A stretch of 64,000 nt of DNA from Hylemonella sp. (GCA_032118555.1 JAULXO010000004.1:36019-100018), one strand, 5' to 3'. Shown: positions 38,238-48,091, counted from the first letter of the stretch. Notes: a model not told the origin generated them from the letters alone. Numbers and translations: made by a program.

Positions 38238-40436
38238 ATGAGCGCACCCTACATCCCCCAGATTCGCCTGTACCAGAACTGGCTGCGTGAGCAGCGCGGC
38301 CTGAGCTTTGACAGCTATGACGCGCTGTGGCGCTGGTCCACCACCGAGCTTGATGCCTTCTGGCAGAGCATCTGGGACTACTTCGACCTGCAGTCCCCCA
38401 CGCCGCACAGCGCGGCGCTGGCCGAGAACGTGATGCCCGGCGCGCGCTGGTTTCCGGGCGCGCAGGTCAACTACGTGCAGCAGGTGTTCCGCCATGTCGA
38501 GGCCGCGCACGCGGCGGGCTTTCCGGCCCTGGTGAGCCATAACGAACAGAGTTTGGAAGCCGGCGCACCGGCGCGTGAGCTGAGCTGGCCGGAGCTACGG
38601 CGCCAGGTGGCCGCGCTGGCGCTGCACCTGCAGGCGCAGGGCCTGCAGCCGGGCGACCGCGTGGCGGCCTACCTGCCCAACATTCCCGAAGCCATGGTGG
38701 CCTTCCTGGCGGTGGCCAGTCTGGGTGGGGTGTGGAGCATATGCGCGCCCGACATGGGCACGGCGGCGGTGCTCGACCGCTTCCGGCAGATCGAGCCCAA
38801 GGTGCTGATCGCCTGCGACGGCGTGCGCTATGGCGGGCGTGACGTCGACCGCCGCGAGGTGGTGGCCGAACTGCGGGCCGCGTTGCCGAGCGTGCAGCAC
38901 GTGATCGTGCACGACAACCTGGGCCTGCAGCCGGCCGCTCCTGAATCCATAGCAGACCACGCCCTGTTGAAGGACGCTACGGCCCGAAACGATGCCCAAA
39001 CCGCGGCCTACACGCCGCGCTGGCTGCCGTTCGACCATCCGTTGTGGATCGTCTATTCCAGCGGCACCACCGGCCTGCCCAAGCCCATCGTGCACGGCCA
39101 TGGCGGCACGGTGCTGGTGGCCATGGCGTTGAAGATGCTGCACAACGATGTGGGCTGCAGCTACGCAGCGAATTCCTGGGGCGAGCGCTACCACTGGTAC
39201 AGCACCACCGGCTGGGTGATGTGGAACGCGCAGATGAGCGGTCTGCTGGGCGGCACCACCTGCTGCCTCTTCGACGGCAGCCCCGGTGGCCGCACGGTCG
39301 ATGCAGCCGGCCACAAGCAGGCACCCGACTGGAGCACGTTGTGGCGTTTTGCCGCCGATGTGCGTGCCACCTTCTTCGGCGCCGGTGCGGCGTTCTACGC
39401 CAACTGCCAGAAAGCGGGCGTCGACCTGACGCGCATCGAGGGCCTGCGCCAGGTGCGTGCGCTGGGCAGCACCGGATCGCCGTTGAGCGACGAGGCGCAA
39501 AAGTGGGGGACGGAACAGTTCAGAGAAATCGCTAGGCAGGGAGCCGACGGTGATCCGCCGCCGGGCCGCCCCAAGGCGGATGCGGCCCCCTTGGAGGGCA
39601 GCGACCCACACGCAGTGGGGGAGCGTGGGGGCGACATCTGGTGGTGCAACATTTCTGGCGGCACCGACTTTGCCGGTGCTTTCATTGGCGGCAACCGCGA
39701 GTTGCCGCAGGTGCCGGGCCAGATGCAGTGCCGCCTGTTGGGGTGTGCGGTGGAGGCCTGGAACGAGCAGGGCCAGCCGGTGGTCGACGCGGTGGGCGAG
39801 CTGGTCTGCACCCAGCCGATTCCCAGCATGCCGCTGTACTTCTGGAACGACAAGGGCAACGTGCGCTACTTGGCCAGCTACTTCGACATGTACCCCGCCG
39901 GCCACGGCCGCCAACCCGGCGGTGGCGACGGCCCCGCCGCCCTGGGCCCGGTCTGGCGCCACGGTGACTGGCTGCGCATCACACCCACCGGTGGCTGCAT
40001 CATCTATGGCCGCAGTGACGCCACCATCAACCGCCACGGCCTGCGCATGGGCACCAGTGAGCTCTACAGTGCCGTGGAGGCGCTGCCTGAGGTGCTGGAC
40101 TCGATGGTGGTGGATCTGGAATACCTGGGGCGCGAAAGCTACATGCCGCTTTTCGTGGTGCTGCGCGAAGGGCACACGCTGGATGCCGCCATGAAAGCGC
40201 GCATCAACGACGCGATCAAGACGGCCTTGTCACCGCGCTTCGTGCCGAACGAGATCTTCCAGGTGGCGGAGATCCCGCGCACGCTGACCGGCAAGAAGCA
40301 GGAACTGCCGATCAAGAAGCTGCTGCTGGGCCAGCCGATCGAGAAGGTGGTGAACCGGGATGCCATGGCCAATGCCGCCTGCCTTGATTGGTATGTGGCG
40401 TTTGCGAAGCGTCACGCTGCACACGTGGCCAGCTAG
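38238..40436 (+). CDS. Acetoacetate--CoA ligase (acetoacetyl-CoA synthetase) carrying in-frame repeat-derived segments
   Basis: FDHPLWIVYSSGTTGLPKPIVHGHGG, TTGWVMWN, STGSPL, SGGTD, WRHGD, GRSDATINRHG.R.GT.E, TLTGKKQE. Confidence 0.93.
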   Translation: MSAPYIPQIRLYQNWLREQRGLSFDSYDALWRWSTTELDAFWQSIWDYFDLQSPTPHSAALAENVMPGARWFPGAQVNYVQQVFRHVEAAHAAGFPALVSHNEQSLEAGAPARELSWPELRRQVAALALHLQAQGLQPGDRVAAYLPNIPEAMVAFLAVASLGGVWSICAPDMGTAAVLDRFRQIEPKVLIACDGVRYGGRDVDRREVVAELRAALPSVQHVIVHDNLGLQPAAPESIADHALLKDATARNDAQTAAYTPRWLPFDHPLWIVYSSGTTGLPKPIVHGHGGTVLVAMALKMLHNDVGCSYAANSWGERYHWYSTTGWVMWNAQMSGLLGGTTCCLFDGSPGGRTVDAAGHKQAPDWSTLWRFAADVRATFFGAGAAFYANCQKAGVDLTRIEGLRQVRALGSTGSPLSDEAQKWGTEQFREIARQGADGDPPPGRPKADAAPLEGSDPHAVGERGGDIWWCNISGGTDFAGAFIGGNRELPQVPGQMQCRLLGCAVEAWNEQGQPVVDAVGELVCTQPIPSMPLYFWNDKGNVRYLASYFDMYPAGHGRQPGGGDGPAALGPVWRHGDWLRITPTGGCIIYGRSDATINRHGLRMGTSELYSAVEALPEVLDSMVVDLEYLGRESYMPLFVVLREGHTLDAAMKARINDAIKTALSPRFVPNEIFQVAEIPRTLTGKKQELPIKKLLLGQPIEKVVNRDAMANAACLDWYVAFAKRHAAHVAS
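38937..38990 (-). repeat. Repeat family B, copy 4; in frame inside acetoacetate--CoA ligase
   Basis: Minus strand TTTCGGGCCGTAGCGTCCTTCAACAGGGCGTGGTCTGCTATGGATTCAGGAGC; the sense strand encodes APESIADHALLKDATARN. Confidence 0.65.
39552..39632 (-). repeat. Repeat family A variant, in frame inside acetoacetate--CoA ligase
   Basis: Minus strand GCCCCCACGCTCCCCCACTGCGTGTGGGTCGCTGCCCTCCAAGGGGGCCGCATCCGCCTTGGGGCGGCCCGGCGGCGGATC: C-run/hairpin, CCCTCCAAGGGGG hairpin, third stem; the sense strand encodes DPPPGRPKADAAPLEGSDPHAVGERGG. Confidence 0.7.
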
Positions 40437-40559
40437 GTCGCCTGAGGCGGCGTTGCGGCGCAACGCATGCCGCCTGGAGCGTAACAAAGCGTTACGGGGA
40501 CTGCCCGGCGGAGGTCTGGGGTCCTATGCTCCCAAGCTCCACCAGTCCAAGAATCGACC

Positions 40560-41612
40560 ATGACAAGAATCACCCAGGGAGTTCTGCGTAGCCTCGTGCT
40601 CGTCATTGCTTGTTCATCAACGCTGGCGCGTGCCAGCTATGAAGAAGCCTTCGCTGCCATCCAGCAAAAGAATTATTCAAAGGCCCTGCCGCTGCTGAAC
40701 GCTGCCGCGGAAAAGAACGATGCCCGAGCCTTGAATGCGCTCGGCATTCTTTACCTGCAAGGTCTGGGCGTGGCGAGGGATGAGAAAGTCGCCGTTGAAT
40801 GGTGGGAGAAGGCGGCGAACGCCGGCAACCTGAATGCCATGAATGCGCTGGCGAGCTTGTACGCCAAAGGCACGAACGATACCGCCAAGAATTTGTCCCT
40901 TGCCAGGGACTGGGCCTGGAAGGCCGGTCTCGCCAACGACGCGGGCGCGCAGTTCAATTACTTCCAGATGGCGATCAGCAACGAGTTGAGCCGTTCAGGC
41001 GCACCCGGGACTGTGGGTCGCGACAAGTACATGGCGCTGGCCAAGCGACCCATGGCGGAGCGGGGGCTGGATGAAAAGGCGTACACCATGCTCTCGCGCT
41101 CGGCCGAGCAGGGCCATGTGGGGGCCATGCTGGTGTCGGTCGGCGTGCTGAATGACCATGTCGGCCCCAACAACGCGCAACGCTCATTGGAGCTGATTGC
41201 CAAGTTGCCTCTGACGCGCATGCCGCCCGACTTCGTGAAGATGGTCGAGGCATCCCGGGCATCCAACACCTACCTGAAATCGCTGGGGCAAACCTACGTC
41301 ACGGGTACCGTCTTCAGGGACGCCTTCATGACGGCGTTGCTGAGCGCGTACATCAAAGCCAATGTGCAGCCCACCAGCTGCGAGGCAAAGAATGTGCGGG
41401 TGCTCAAGACCAGTGTCAGCCGGGACCTGAATCAGGTGGCATTCCTGCCGGTGGAGGCCACGTTGCTGAAAGACGTCGTGCTGGTGCAAGGGGACTGGCA
41501 GGAGACCTGGGTGATCGATGTGTGCGGCACCCCGGTGGATGTGCCGATCGAATTCCAGGCCGATGGCGGTGGCGGCGCGTACTTCCAGACACAACAGAAG
41601 CTCGCACGCTGA
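40560..41612 (+). CDS. Exported Sel1-repeat protein
   Basis: Signal peptide; ALNALGILYLQGLGVARD...AVEWWEKAANAGN Sel1 repeats. Confidence 0.85.
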   Translation: MTRITQGVLRSLVLVIACSSTLARASYEEAFAAIQQKNYSKALPLLNAAAEKNDARALNALGILYLQGLGVARDEKVAVEWWEKAANAGNLNAMNALASLYAKGTNDTAKNLSLARDWAWKAGLANDAGAQFNYFQMAISNELSRSGAPGTVGRDKYMALAKRPMAERGLDEKAYTMLSRSAEQGHVGAMLVSVGVLNDHVGPNNAQRSLELIAKLPLTRMPPDFVKMVEASRASNTYLKSLGQTYVTGTVFRDAFMTALLSAYIKANVQPTSCEAKNVRVLKTSVSRDLNQVAFLPVEATLLKDVVLVQGDWQETWVIDVCGTPVDVPIEFQADGGGGAYFQTQQKLAR

Positions 41613-41645
41613 CCGGGTGTCGCAGGTAAAGCGCTGGCGGGCCGG

Positions 41646-42566
41646 TCATGCATCGGCGGCAGCCTTGCGGGATGAAGCGGCCGTTCGAAGCCATTGCGTG
41701 AACGCTGCCAGCGCGGGACGCGTCTCGCTGCGCTCCGGCAGCACCAGCCAGTAACTGCGGCCGCTCTTGATTGGCTTCGGACAGGCCACCACCAACTCGC
41801 CGCGTTCCAGCTCAGGTTCGATCAGCAGGCGCGGCACCAGTGCCAGGCCCAGGCCATGCGCGGCCGCGGCGGCCGTCATTGAGTACAGCTCGTAGCGCGG
41901 GCCGGAGAGCGCGAACGGCGCGTCCACGCCCATGGCTTCGAACCACTGGCGCCAAGCCTCGGGCCGGGTGCTTTGCTGCAGCAGCGGCAGGGCCGCAAGA
42001 TCCTTGGGTTGCCAGCGCTTGCGCTCGCGCAACAGCGCCGGGGCGCAGACCGGCACCACTTCCTCTTCAATCAGCAGCGTGGCCTGCGTGCCGGCCCAGT
42101 TGGCTACCTGCTCCGGCGTGCCGGAGTAGAGCGCGGCGTCGAACTCGGTGTCGGCGAACAGGAAGGGGCGGGTACGCGTCTCGATGTGCACCACCAGTTC
42201 CGGATGCGCAGCGGCCAGGGCCGGCAGGCGCGGCAACAGCCAGCGCGTGGCAAAGGTGGGCACGGCCGCCAGCGCGATGGTGCCGGCGCTGCCCTGGCGC
42301 GACATGGCCTCCAGCGTGTCGCGCTCCAGCGCCTGCAGACGCGGTGCGATCTGGCGGGCGTAGTCGGCGCCGGCCGGGGTGAGTGCCACACCGTGACGCG
42401 TGCGGCGGAACAGCGCCAGCCCGAGGAAGTCTTCCAGCGCGCCGATCTGGCGCGACACGGCGCTCTGTGTCAGCGCCAGCTCCTGCGCGGCGCGCGTGTA
42501 GCTTTCGTGGCGGGCGGCGGCGTCGAAGCAGGCCAGGGCCTGGAGGGACGGTATCTTGCGGCGCAT
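41646..42566 (-). CDS. LysR-family regulator (GcvA-like; probable regulator of gcdH)
   Basis: AAARHESYTRAAQELALTQSAVSRQI; divergent from gcdH; ATGA-N7-TCAT box near 42635. Confidence 0.93.
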   Translation of the reverse strand: MRRKIPSLQALACFDAAARHESYTRAAQELALTQSAVSRQIGALEDFLGLALFRRTRHGVALTPAGADYARQIAPRLQALERDTLEAMSRQGSAGTIALAAVPTFATRWLLPRLPALAAAHPELVVHIETRTRPFLFADTEFDAALYSGTPEQVANWAGTQATLLIEEEVVPVCAPALLRERKRWQPKDLAALPLLQQSTRPEAWRQWFEAMGVDAPFALSGPRYELYSMTAAAAAHGLGLALVPRLLIEPELERGELVVACPKPIKSGRSYWLVLPERSETRPALAAFTQWLRTAASSRKAAADA

Positions 42567-42725
42567 GGTGTGCCAAATATAACTAACTTGGCGAAGCTGC
42601 GACGTTGTTTTCTCAATGGGAGTGCTATCAAGATATGAAAAAGATTCATGCCTGGATGAAAAATCCTCGTTTGCCCACGCCGGGGCCAGCCCGTACCATG
42701 GCGGCAACTTTCAGGAGAATCTCTC

Positions 42726-43919
42726 ATGGCCAAAGCCACTTTCCAATGGAATGACCCCTTTCTGCTCGACCAGCAGCTCACCGACGAGGAGCGCATGGTG
42801 CGCGACGCCGCGGCCGCCTATTGCCAGGACAAGCTGCTCGCGCGCATGCCTGAGGCTTTCCGCCAGGAGAAGACGGACGCCGCCATCTTCCGCGAGATGG
42901 GTGAACTCGGCCTGCTCGGCCCCACCATCCCCGAGCAGTACGGCGGCCCCGGCCTGAACTACGTCGCTTATGGCCTGATCGCGCGTGAAGTGGAGCGCGT
43001 CGATTCCGGCTACCGCTCGATGATGAGCGTGCAGTCCTCGCTGGTGATGGTGCCGATCTTCGAATTCGGTACCGAGGCCCAGAAGCAGAAGTACCTGCCC
43101 AAGCTCGCCACCGGTGAATGGATCGGCTGCTTCGGCCTGACCGAGCCGGACCACGGTTCCGACCCGGCTTCCATGGCCACGCGCGCCTACAAGACCGCGG
43201 GCGGTTACCGCCTCAAGGGCAACAAGATGTGGATCTCCAACAGCCCGATCGCCGACGTGTTCGTGGTCTGGGCCAAGGAGGTCAGCGAGGGCGGCGCCGT
43301 CGGCCCGATCCGCGGCTTCGTGCTGGAAAAAGGCATGAAGGGCCTGTCCGCGCCGGCTGTGCACGGCAAGGTGGGCCTGCGGGCGTCGATTACCGGCGAG
43401 ATCGTGATGGACGATGTCTTCGTGCCGGAAGAGAACGCTTTCCCGGAAGTGCAGGGCTTGAAGGGCCCCTTCACCTGCCTGAACTCGGCGCGCTACGGCA
43501 TCGCCTGGGGCGCCCTGGGTGCGGCCGAGGACTGCTGGTTCCGTGCCCGCCAGTACGTGCTGGACCGCAAGCAGTTCGGCCGCCCGCTGGCCGCCAACCA
43601 GCTGATCCAGAAGAAGCTGGCCGACATGCAGACCGAGATCGCGCTGGGCCTGCAGGGCTGCTTGCGCCTGGGCCGCATGAAGGACGAGGGCACGGCGGCG
43701 GTGGAGATCACTTCCATCCTCAAGCGCAACTCCTGCGGCAAGGCGCTGGACGTCGCTCGCATGGCGCGCGACATGATGGGTGGCAACGGCATCAGCGACG
43801 AGTTCGGCGTGGCGCGCCACCTGGTGAACCTGGAGGTGGTGAACACCTACGAGGGCACGCACGACATCCATGCGCTGATCCTGGGCCGCGCGCAGACGGG
43901 TATTGCCGCGTTTAACTGA
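42726..43919 (+). CDS. gcdH: Glutaryl-CoA dehydrogenase
   Basis: [52 protein letters not shown]. Confidence 0.93.
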   Translation: MAKATFQWNDPFLLDQQLTDEERMVRDAAAAYCQDKLLARMPEAFRQEKTDAAIFREMGELGLLGPTIPEQYGGPGLNYVAYGLIAREVERVDSGYRSMMSVQSSLVMVPIFEFGTEAQKQKYLPKLATGEWIGCFGLTEPDHGSDPASMATRAYKTAGGYRLKGNKMWISNSPIADVFVVWAKEVSEGGAVGPIRGFVLEKGMKGLSAPAVHGKVGLRASITGEIVMDDVFVPEENAFPEVQGLKGPFTCLNSARYGIAWGALGAAEDCWFRARQYVLDRKQFGRPLAANQLIQKKLADMQTEIALGLQGCLRLGRMKDEGTAAVEITSILKRNSCGKALDVARMARDMMGGNGISDEFGVARHLVNLEVVNTYEGTHDIHALILGRAQTGIAAFN

Positions 43920-43920
43920 A

Positions 43921-44000
43921 GCACCCCCCGAGCGGCTGCGCCGCTCCCCCTCGAAGGGGGCGCACCCGGTGGCCCGGCCAAGCCGGTTCCACGGGTGCCC
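43921..44000 (+). repeat. Repeat family A, copy 3
   Basis: GCACCCCCCGAGCGGCTGCGCCGCTCCCCCTCGAAGGGGG...CCCGGCCAAGCCGGTTCCACGG; starts 2 nt after the gcdH stop. Confidence 0.8.
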
Positions 44001-44062
44001 ACGAATGACGGCCTGCTGCGCGGCCTTGAAGGGGCGGGCGTACAGGACCAAGGAGAACTGAA

Positions 44063-45310
44063 ATGACTCAAGCAGCAGCGCTGCCGCACATCAAGGTGCT
44101 GGACCTGTCCCGCGTGCTCGCCGGACCGTGGTGCACGCAGATCCTGGCCGACCTCGGCGCGGACGTGGTCAAGGTCGAGCGCCCTGGCGCCGGTGACGAC
44201 ACCCGTCATTGGGGCCCGCCCTTCCTGAAGGACGCGCAGGGCAACGACACCGAACATGCGGCCTACTACACCTGTGCTAACCGCAACAAACGCTCCATCA
44301 CGGTGGACCTGGCGCACCCGGAGGGCCAGGCGCTGATCCGCCAGATGGCGGCGCAGAGCGATGTGCTGGTGGAGAACTTCAAGGTTGGCGGCCTCAAACA
44401 CTACGGGCTGGACTACGAGAGCCTGAAGGCCATCAACCCGCGCCTGATCTACTGCTCGGTCACCGGCTTCGGCCAGGACGGGCCGTATGCCGAACGCGCC
44501 GGCTATGACCTGATGATCCAGGCCATGAGCGGCATGATGAGCATCACCGGCCGCGCGGACGGCACGCCCGGCGGCGGGCCGCAGCGCGTCGGCGTGGCGC
44601 TGACCGACCTGTTCACCGGCGTCTACGCTGCCACCGCCATCCTGGCGGCGCTCGAAGTGCGCCACCGTACCGGCGAGGGCCAGCACATCGACATGGCGCT
44701 GCTGGATGTCGGCATGGCCATCCTGGCCAATCAGGCTGGCGGCTTCCTCAACACTGGCGGCGTGCCGCAACGCCAGGGCAACAGCCACCCGAGTCTGGCG
44801 CCCTACCAGGACTTCCCGACCAAGGACGGCGCCATGCTGCTGGCCATCGGCAACGACGGCCAGTTCGCCCGTTTCTGCGCCGCCGCCGGCCGGCCCGAGT
44901 GGGCGACCGATGAGCGCTTTACCAGCAACACCCAGCGCGTGCGCCACCGCGAGGCGCTGATTCCGGCCATGGAGGACGTCACGCGCACGCGCACCACCGC
45001 CGAGTGGGTGGCCTTGCTGGAAGACAAGGCGGTGCCCTGCGGCCCGATCAACGACATCGGCCAGGCCTTTGCCGACGCCCAGGTACAGGCCCGTGGCCTG
45101 GCACTGAATCAGCCTGTCAGCCCCGCAGTACAGGCGCAGACCGCTATTGAATCAATAGCAACCGTGGCCAGCCCCTTGCGCCTGACAGCCACGCCGCCGG
45201 TGTTGCGCCGGGCGCCGCCGGCGCTGGGTGAGCACACCGACGAGGTGCTGGCCGAGCTGGGGCTGGATGCGGCGCGCATCGCCGCGTTGCACCAGGCTGG
45301 CGTGGTCTGA
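44063..45310 (+). CDS. CaiB/BaiF family III CoA transferase (probably glutarate-activating)
   Basis: VLDLSRVLAGP, LADLGADVVKVE, NRNKRS, ENFK, GYD, PPALGEHT; adjacent to gcdH. Confidence 0.93.
   Translation: MTQAAALPHIKVLDLSRVLAGPWCTQILADLGADVVKVERPGAGDDTRHWGPPFLKDAQGNDTEHAAYYTCANRNKRSITVDLAHPEGQALIRQMAAQSDVLVENFKVGGLKHYGLDYESLKAINPRLIYCSVTGFGQDGPYAERAGYDLMIQAMSGMMSITGRADGTPGGGPQRVGVALTDLFTGVYAATAILAALEVRHRTGEGQHIDMALLDVGMAILANQAGGFLNTGGVPQRQGNSHPSLAPYQDFPTKDGAMLLAIGNDGQFARFCAAAGRPEWATDERFTSNTQRVRHREALIPAMEDVTRTRTTAEWVALLEDKAVPCGPINDIGQAFADAQVQARGLALNQPVSPAVQAQTAIESIATVASPLRLTATPPVLRRAPPALGEHTDEVLAELGLDAARIAALHQAGVV
45105..45160 (+). repeat. Repeat family B, copy 5; in frame inside the CoA transferase
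   Basis: TGAATCAGCCTGTCAGCCCCGCAGTACAGGCGCAGACCGCTATTGAATCAATAGCA; encodes NQPVSPAVQAQTAIESIA. Confidence 0.7.
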
Positions 45311-45448
45311 TCTGTCCGCTGGCGGGTGGGCCGGCGGACACCCTAGGGAATCCTCGGGGCTGCGACGTCACACAAGTGACCAACGGGAAGCGCTCGGCTC
45401 TGCCATCCTTTCATGGCAGAGCACGAGAGAACCACAGGAGACACCCGG

Positions 45449-46444
45449 ATGCGCCAACCCCTTCGTTCCACCTTGAGCCGCCGCCGCGTGCTGGCCGGCG
45501 CCGCAGCCATCGCAGCACCCGCCATCGTCAGCCCCTGGGCGCTGGCGCAGGACAAGTACCCGAACCGCCCGATCACGTTGATCGCCCCCTGGCCCACCGG
45601 GGGCAGCAGCGACGCCGTGATGCGTGCCTTTGCCGAAAGCGCCGGCCGTGCGCTGGGCGGCACCGTGATCGTGGAGAACAAACCCGGTGCCGGCGGTACG
45701 CTGGGCGCGGCAGCGATGGTGAATGCCAAGCCCGACGGCTACCTGCTGACCCAGCTGCCATTGGGTATTTACCGCATTCCGCATATGCAGAAGACGTCCT
45801 TCGATCCGGTGAAGGACATCACCCATATCGCCTGCTTGACCGGCTACACCTTCGGCCTTGCGGCGCGTCCTGACGCACCGTACAAGACTCTCAAGGAAAT
45901 GGTGGCCTATGCCCGTGCCAACCCCGGCAAGGTGATGTATGGCCACACCGGTACCGGCACCACGCCGCATCTGGCGATCGAGGAGTTCGCCGCCAAGGCC
46001 GGCATCGAGCTGCAGGACATTCCCTACAAGGGCTCGGCCGAGATCATGCAGGCCATCTTGGGCGGACACATTCCGCTCATGAGCGGTACCACCGAATTCG
46101 CGCCGCACGTGAAGGCCGGCAAACTCAATCTGTTGGCCACACTCGGCAGCAAACGCAACAAGGCCTTCCCCGACGTGCCCACGGTGAAGGAAAGTGGCTG
46201 GGACACGGTGACCGAGTCGCCGTTCGGCATCGGCGGCCCGAAGAACATGGACCCGGCGCTGGTGAAGGTGATCCACGACGCCTTCAAGAAGACGCTGGAG
46301 GACCCGCGGGTACTGGAGACACTGGACAAGTTCTACATGCCTGCCATCTACATGGACACGGCCGAGTACACGGCTTATGCGGCGCGTACCTACGCTGCGG
46401 AGAAAGCCACCATCGACCGCCTGAAAGCTGCGGGCAAGATCTGA
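45449..46444 (+). CDS. Bug/TctC tripartite tricarboxylate transporter substrate-binding protein
   Basis: YPNRPITLI.PWPTGGSSD, VENKPGAGG, PDGY, IPYKG, PDVPT. Confidence 0.94.
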   Translation: MRQPLRSTLSRRRVLAGAAAIAAPAIVSPWALAQDKYPNRPITLIAPWPTGGSSDAVMRAFAESAGRALGGTVIVENKPGAGGTLGAAAMVNAKPDGYLLTQLPLGIYRIPHMQKTSFDPVKDITHIACLTGYTFGLAARPDAPYKTLKEMVAYARANPGKVMYGHTGTGTTPHLAIEEFAAKAGIELQDIPYKGSAEIMQAILGGHIPLMSGTTEFAPHVKAGKLNLLATLGSKRNKAFPDVPTVKESGWDTVTESPFGIGGPKNMDPALVKVIHDAFKKTLEDPRVLETLDKFYMPAIYMDTAEYTAYAARTYAAEKATIDRLKAAGKI

Positions 46445-46456
46445 GCGACAGCCTGT

Positions 46457-47359
46457 TCAGCCGGCCCGACGGTTCACCAGCACGATGCCTACCGTGACCA
46501 GGGCCAGCGCGGCCAGCAGGCTGGGCGTCAGCGGCTCGTGCAGCCAGAGCGCGCCGAACAGCAGCGCGAACAGCGGGGTGAGGAAGACGAAGGCAGAAAT
46601 CCTGGTCGCCGGGTAGCGGCCCAGCATCCACATCCAGGCCAGGTAGCTGGCGAAGGCGCCCACTACGGTCTGCAGCAGCAGCGAGGTGGCCGCAAAGCCG
46701 CTGAACTGCCAGACCCAGCGCTCTCCCAATGACAGTGACAGCAAGGGCAAGGTCGTGGCGCTGACCGCCACCTGGTAGAACAGCAGCTTCTCGGCCGAGG
46801 TACGCGCCAGGGCGCTGGCGCGGATGGTGACCGTGGTCAGCCCCCAGGCCAGGCCGGCCGCCAACGCCAGCGCGTCGCCGAACAGCTGCCCGTTGGTGGT
46901 CGGCGCAACGAAGCTCTCGCGCATCGCAAACACCAGCGCCAGAAAGGCCAGCCCCAGCCCCAGCCACTGCAACGGGCGCAGTCGCTCGGCACGCACCAGC
47001 AGCGGCAGCAGCAACGCCACCCAGAACGGCGAGGTGTAGAGAAACACCGTCAGGCGCGAGGCCGTGGTGTGCTGCAGACCGATGTACAGGCAGGCAAACT
47101 CGGCGGCAAACATCGTGCCGGCCAGCAGGCCCGGCCAGAGCGAGCCGTCACGGGCAAACAGCGCCACCCCGCGCCAGCGGCACCACAGCATCAGCAGCAC
47201 CGTCGCACCGACAAAGCGCAAGGCCGCCTGGAACACCGGCGGCAACTCCGGCAACGTGGCCTTCACCAGCACCTGCTGAAAGCCCCAGAACATGCAGCAC
47301 GCCAACAGAATGGCCGCGGCCACGCCGTCGAGATGTTCCTTGCGTGCTGGGGGATTCAT
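46457..47359 (-). CDS. DMT/EamA-family transporter
   Basis: WGFQQV.VK, FLYTSPFW, FLTPLF; about 10 TM segments. Confidence 0.9.
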   Translation of the reverse strand: MNPPARKEHLDGVAAAILLACCMFWGFQQVLVKATLPELPPVFQAALRFVGATVLLMLWCRWRGVALFARDGSLWPGLLAGTMFAAEFACLYIGLQHTTASRLTVFLYTSPFWVALLLPLLVRAERLRPLQWLGLGLAFLALVFAMRESFVAPTTNGQLFGDALALAAGLAWGLTTVTIRASALARTSAEKLLFYQVAVSATTLPLLSLSLGERWVWQFSGFAATSLLLQTVVGAFASYLAWMWMLGRYPATRISAFVFLTPLFALLFGALWLHEPLTPSLLAALALVTVGIVLVNRRAG

Positions 47360-47416
47360 GCCGATGGCTTGTGTCGCTTGTCGAAGCCAACAACGTTTGC
47401 GTGACACGAACCCACC

Positions 47417-47513
47417 CGCGAAACGCCGTGGAACCGGCTCTGCCGGGCCACTGGCGTTGCCCCCTTGAGGGGGGTGGCGTAGCGACATGAAATGTCGCGA
47501 AGCCTGGGGGTGC
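47417..47513 (-). repeat. Repeat family A, copy 4
   Basis: Minus strand GCACCCCCAGGCTTCGCGACAT...CCCCCCTCAAGGGGG...CCCGGCAGAGCCGGTTCCACGG; starts ~7 nt after the flavin reductase stop. Confidence 0.8.
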
Positions 47514-47519
47514 CTCCTG

Positions 47520-48038
47520 TCACAACGGATGCTCGGTATAGAACTTGCCGCCGTGGTAGAGCAGCGGCGAGGCGCCGGCGCGGTGGCGGCAGCGCTCCAC
47601 CTCGCCGACGAAGATCGCGTGGTCACCCTCGTCGTAGCGGCTGCGGTTGAAGCATTCGAAGGTGGCCGCCGCGCCGGCCAGCAGGGGCGCGCCACCGTGC
47701 CCTTCCGTGTAGTCGACTCCGGCCCAGCGGTCCACGCCCTTGGTGGCAAAGCGCTGCGCCAGTTCGCGCTGGTCGGCTGCCAGCACGTTGATGGCGTAAT
47801 GCGAGCCGTGGCGGAATACCGCCATCGAGGCCGCCGTGTGCGACAGGCTCCACAGCACCAGCGGCGGATGCAGCGAGACCGAGTTGAAGGAGTTGGCCGT
47901 CAGGCCCACCAGCCGCCCGTTGGCCGCGCGCGCGGTGACGATGGTCACGCCGGTGGCGAACATGCCCAGGGCGGTGCGGAATTCGGTCGGGGAAAAACTC
48001 GGGGGCCGGGCGGCGCTGCCCGCGGCGGACAAAGACAT
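47520..48038 (-). CDS. Flavin reductase-like protein (RutF/HpaC family)
   Basis: FRTALGMFATGVTIVT, TANSFNSVSL.PPLVLW, GDH. Confidence 0.93.
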   Translation of the reverse strand: MSLSAAGSAARPPSFSPTEFRTALGMFATGVTIVTARAANGRLVGLTANSFNSVSLHPPLVLWSLSHTAASMAVFRHGSHYAINVLAADQRELAQRFATKGVDRWAGVDYTEGHGGAPLLAGAAATFECFNRSRYDEGDHAIFVGEVERCRHRAGASPLLYHGGKFYTEHPL

Positions 48039-48091
48039 GGGCGCCAATGTACCTGAAATCCCCCGCTGAGGCGGCCACATAGAATGGCAGC

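Noticed and set aside
42590-42650. Sixth family B copy (GCTATCAAGATATG)
   Set aside because: Only the left half matches; the region is better explained as the LysR ATGA-N7-TCAT box of the gcdH promoter.
46457-47749. Extended N-termini in the ORF track (DMT 430 aa; also pckG 705 aa, upp 337 aa, cutA 249 aa)
   Set aside because: The extensions run through repeats, promoters or neighbouring genes; downstream starts match family lengths and RBS positions.
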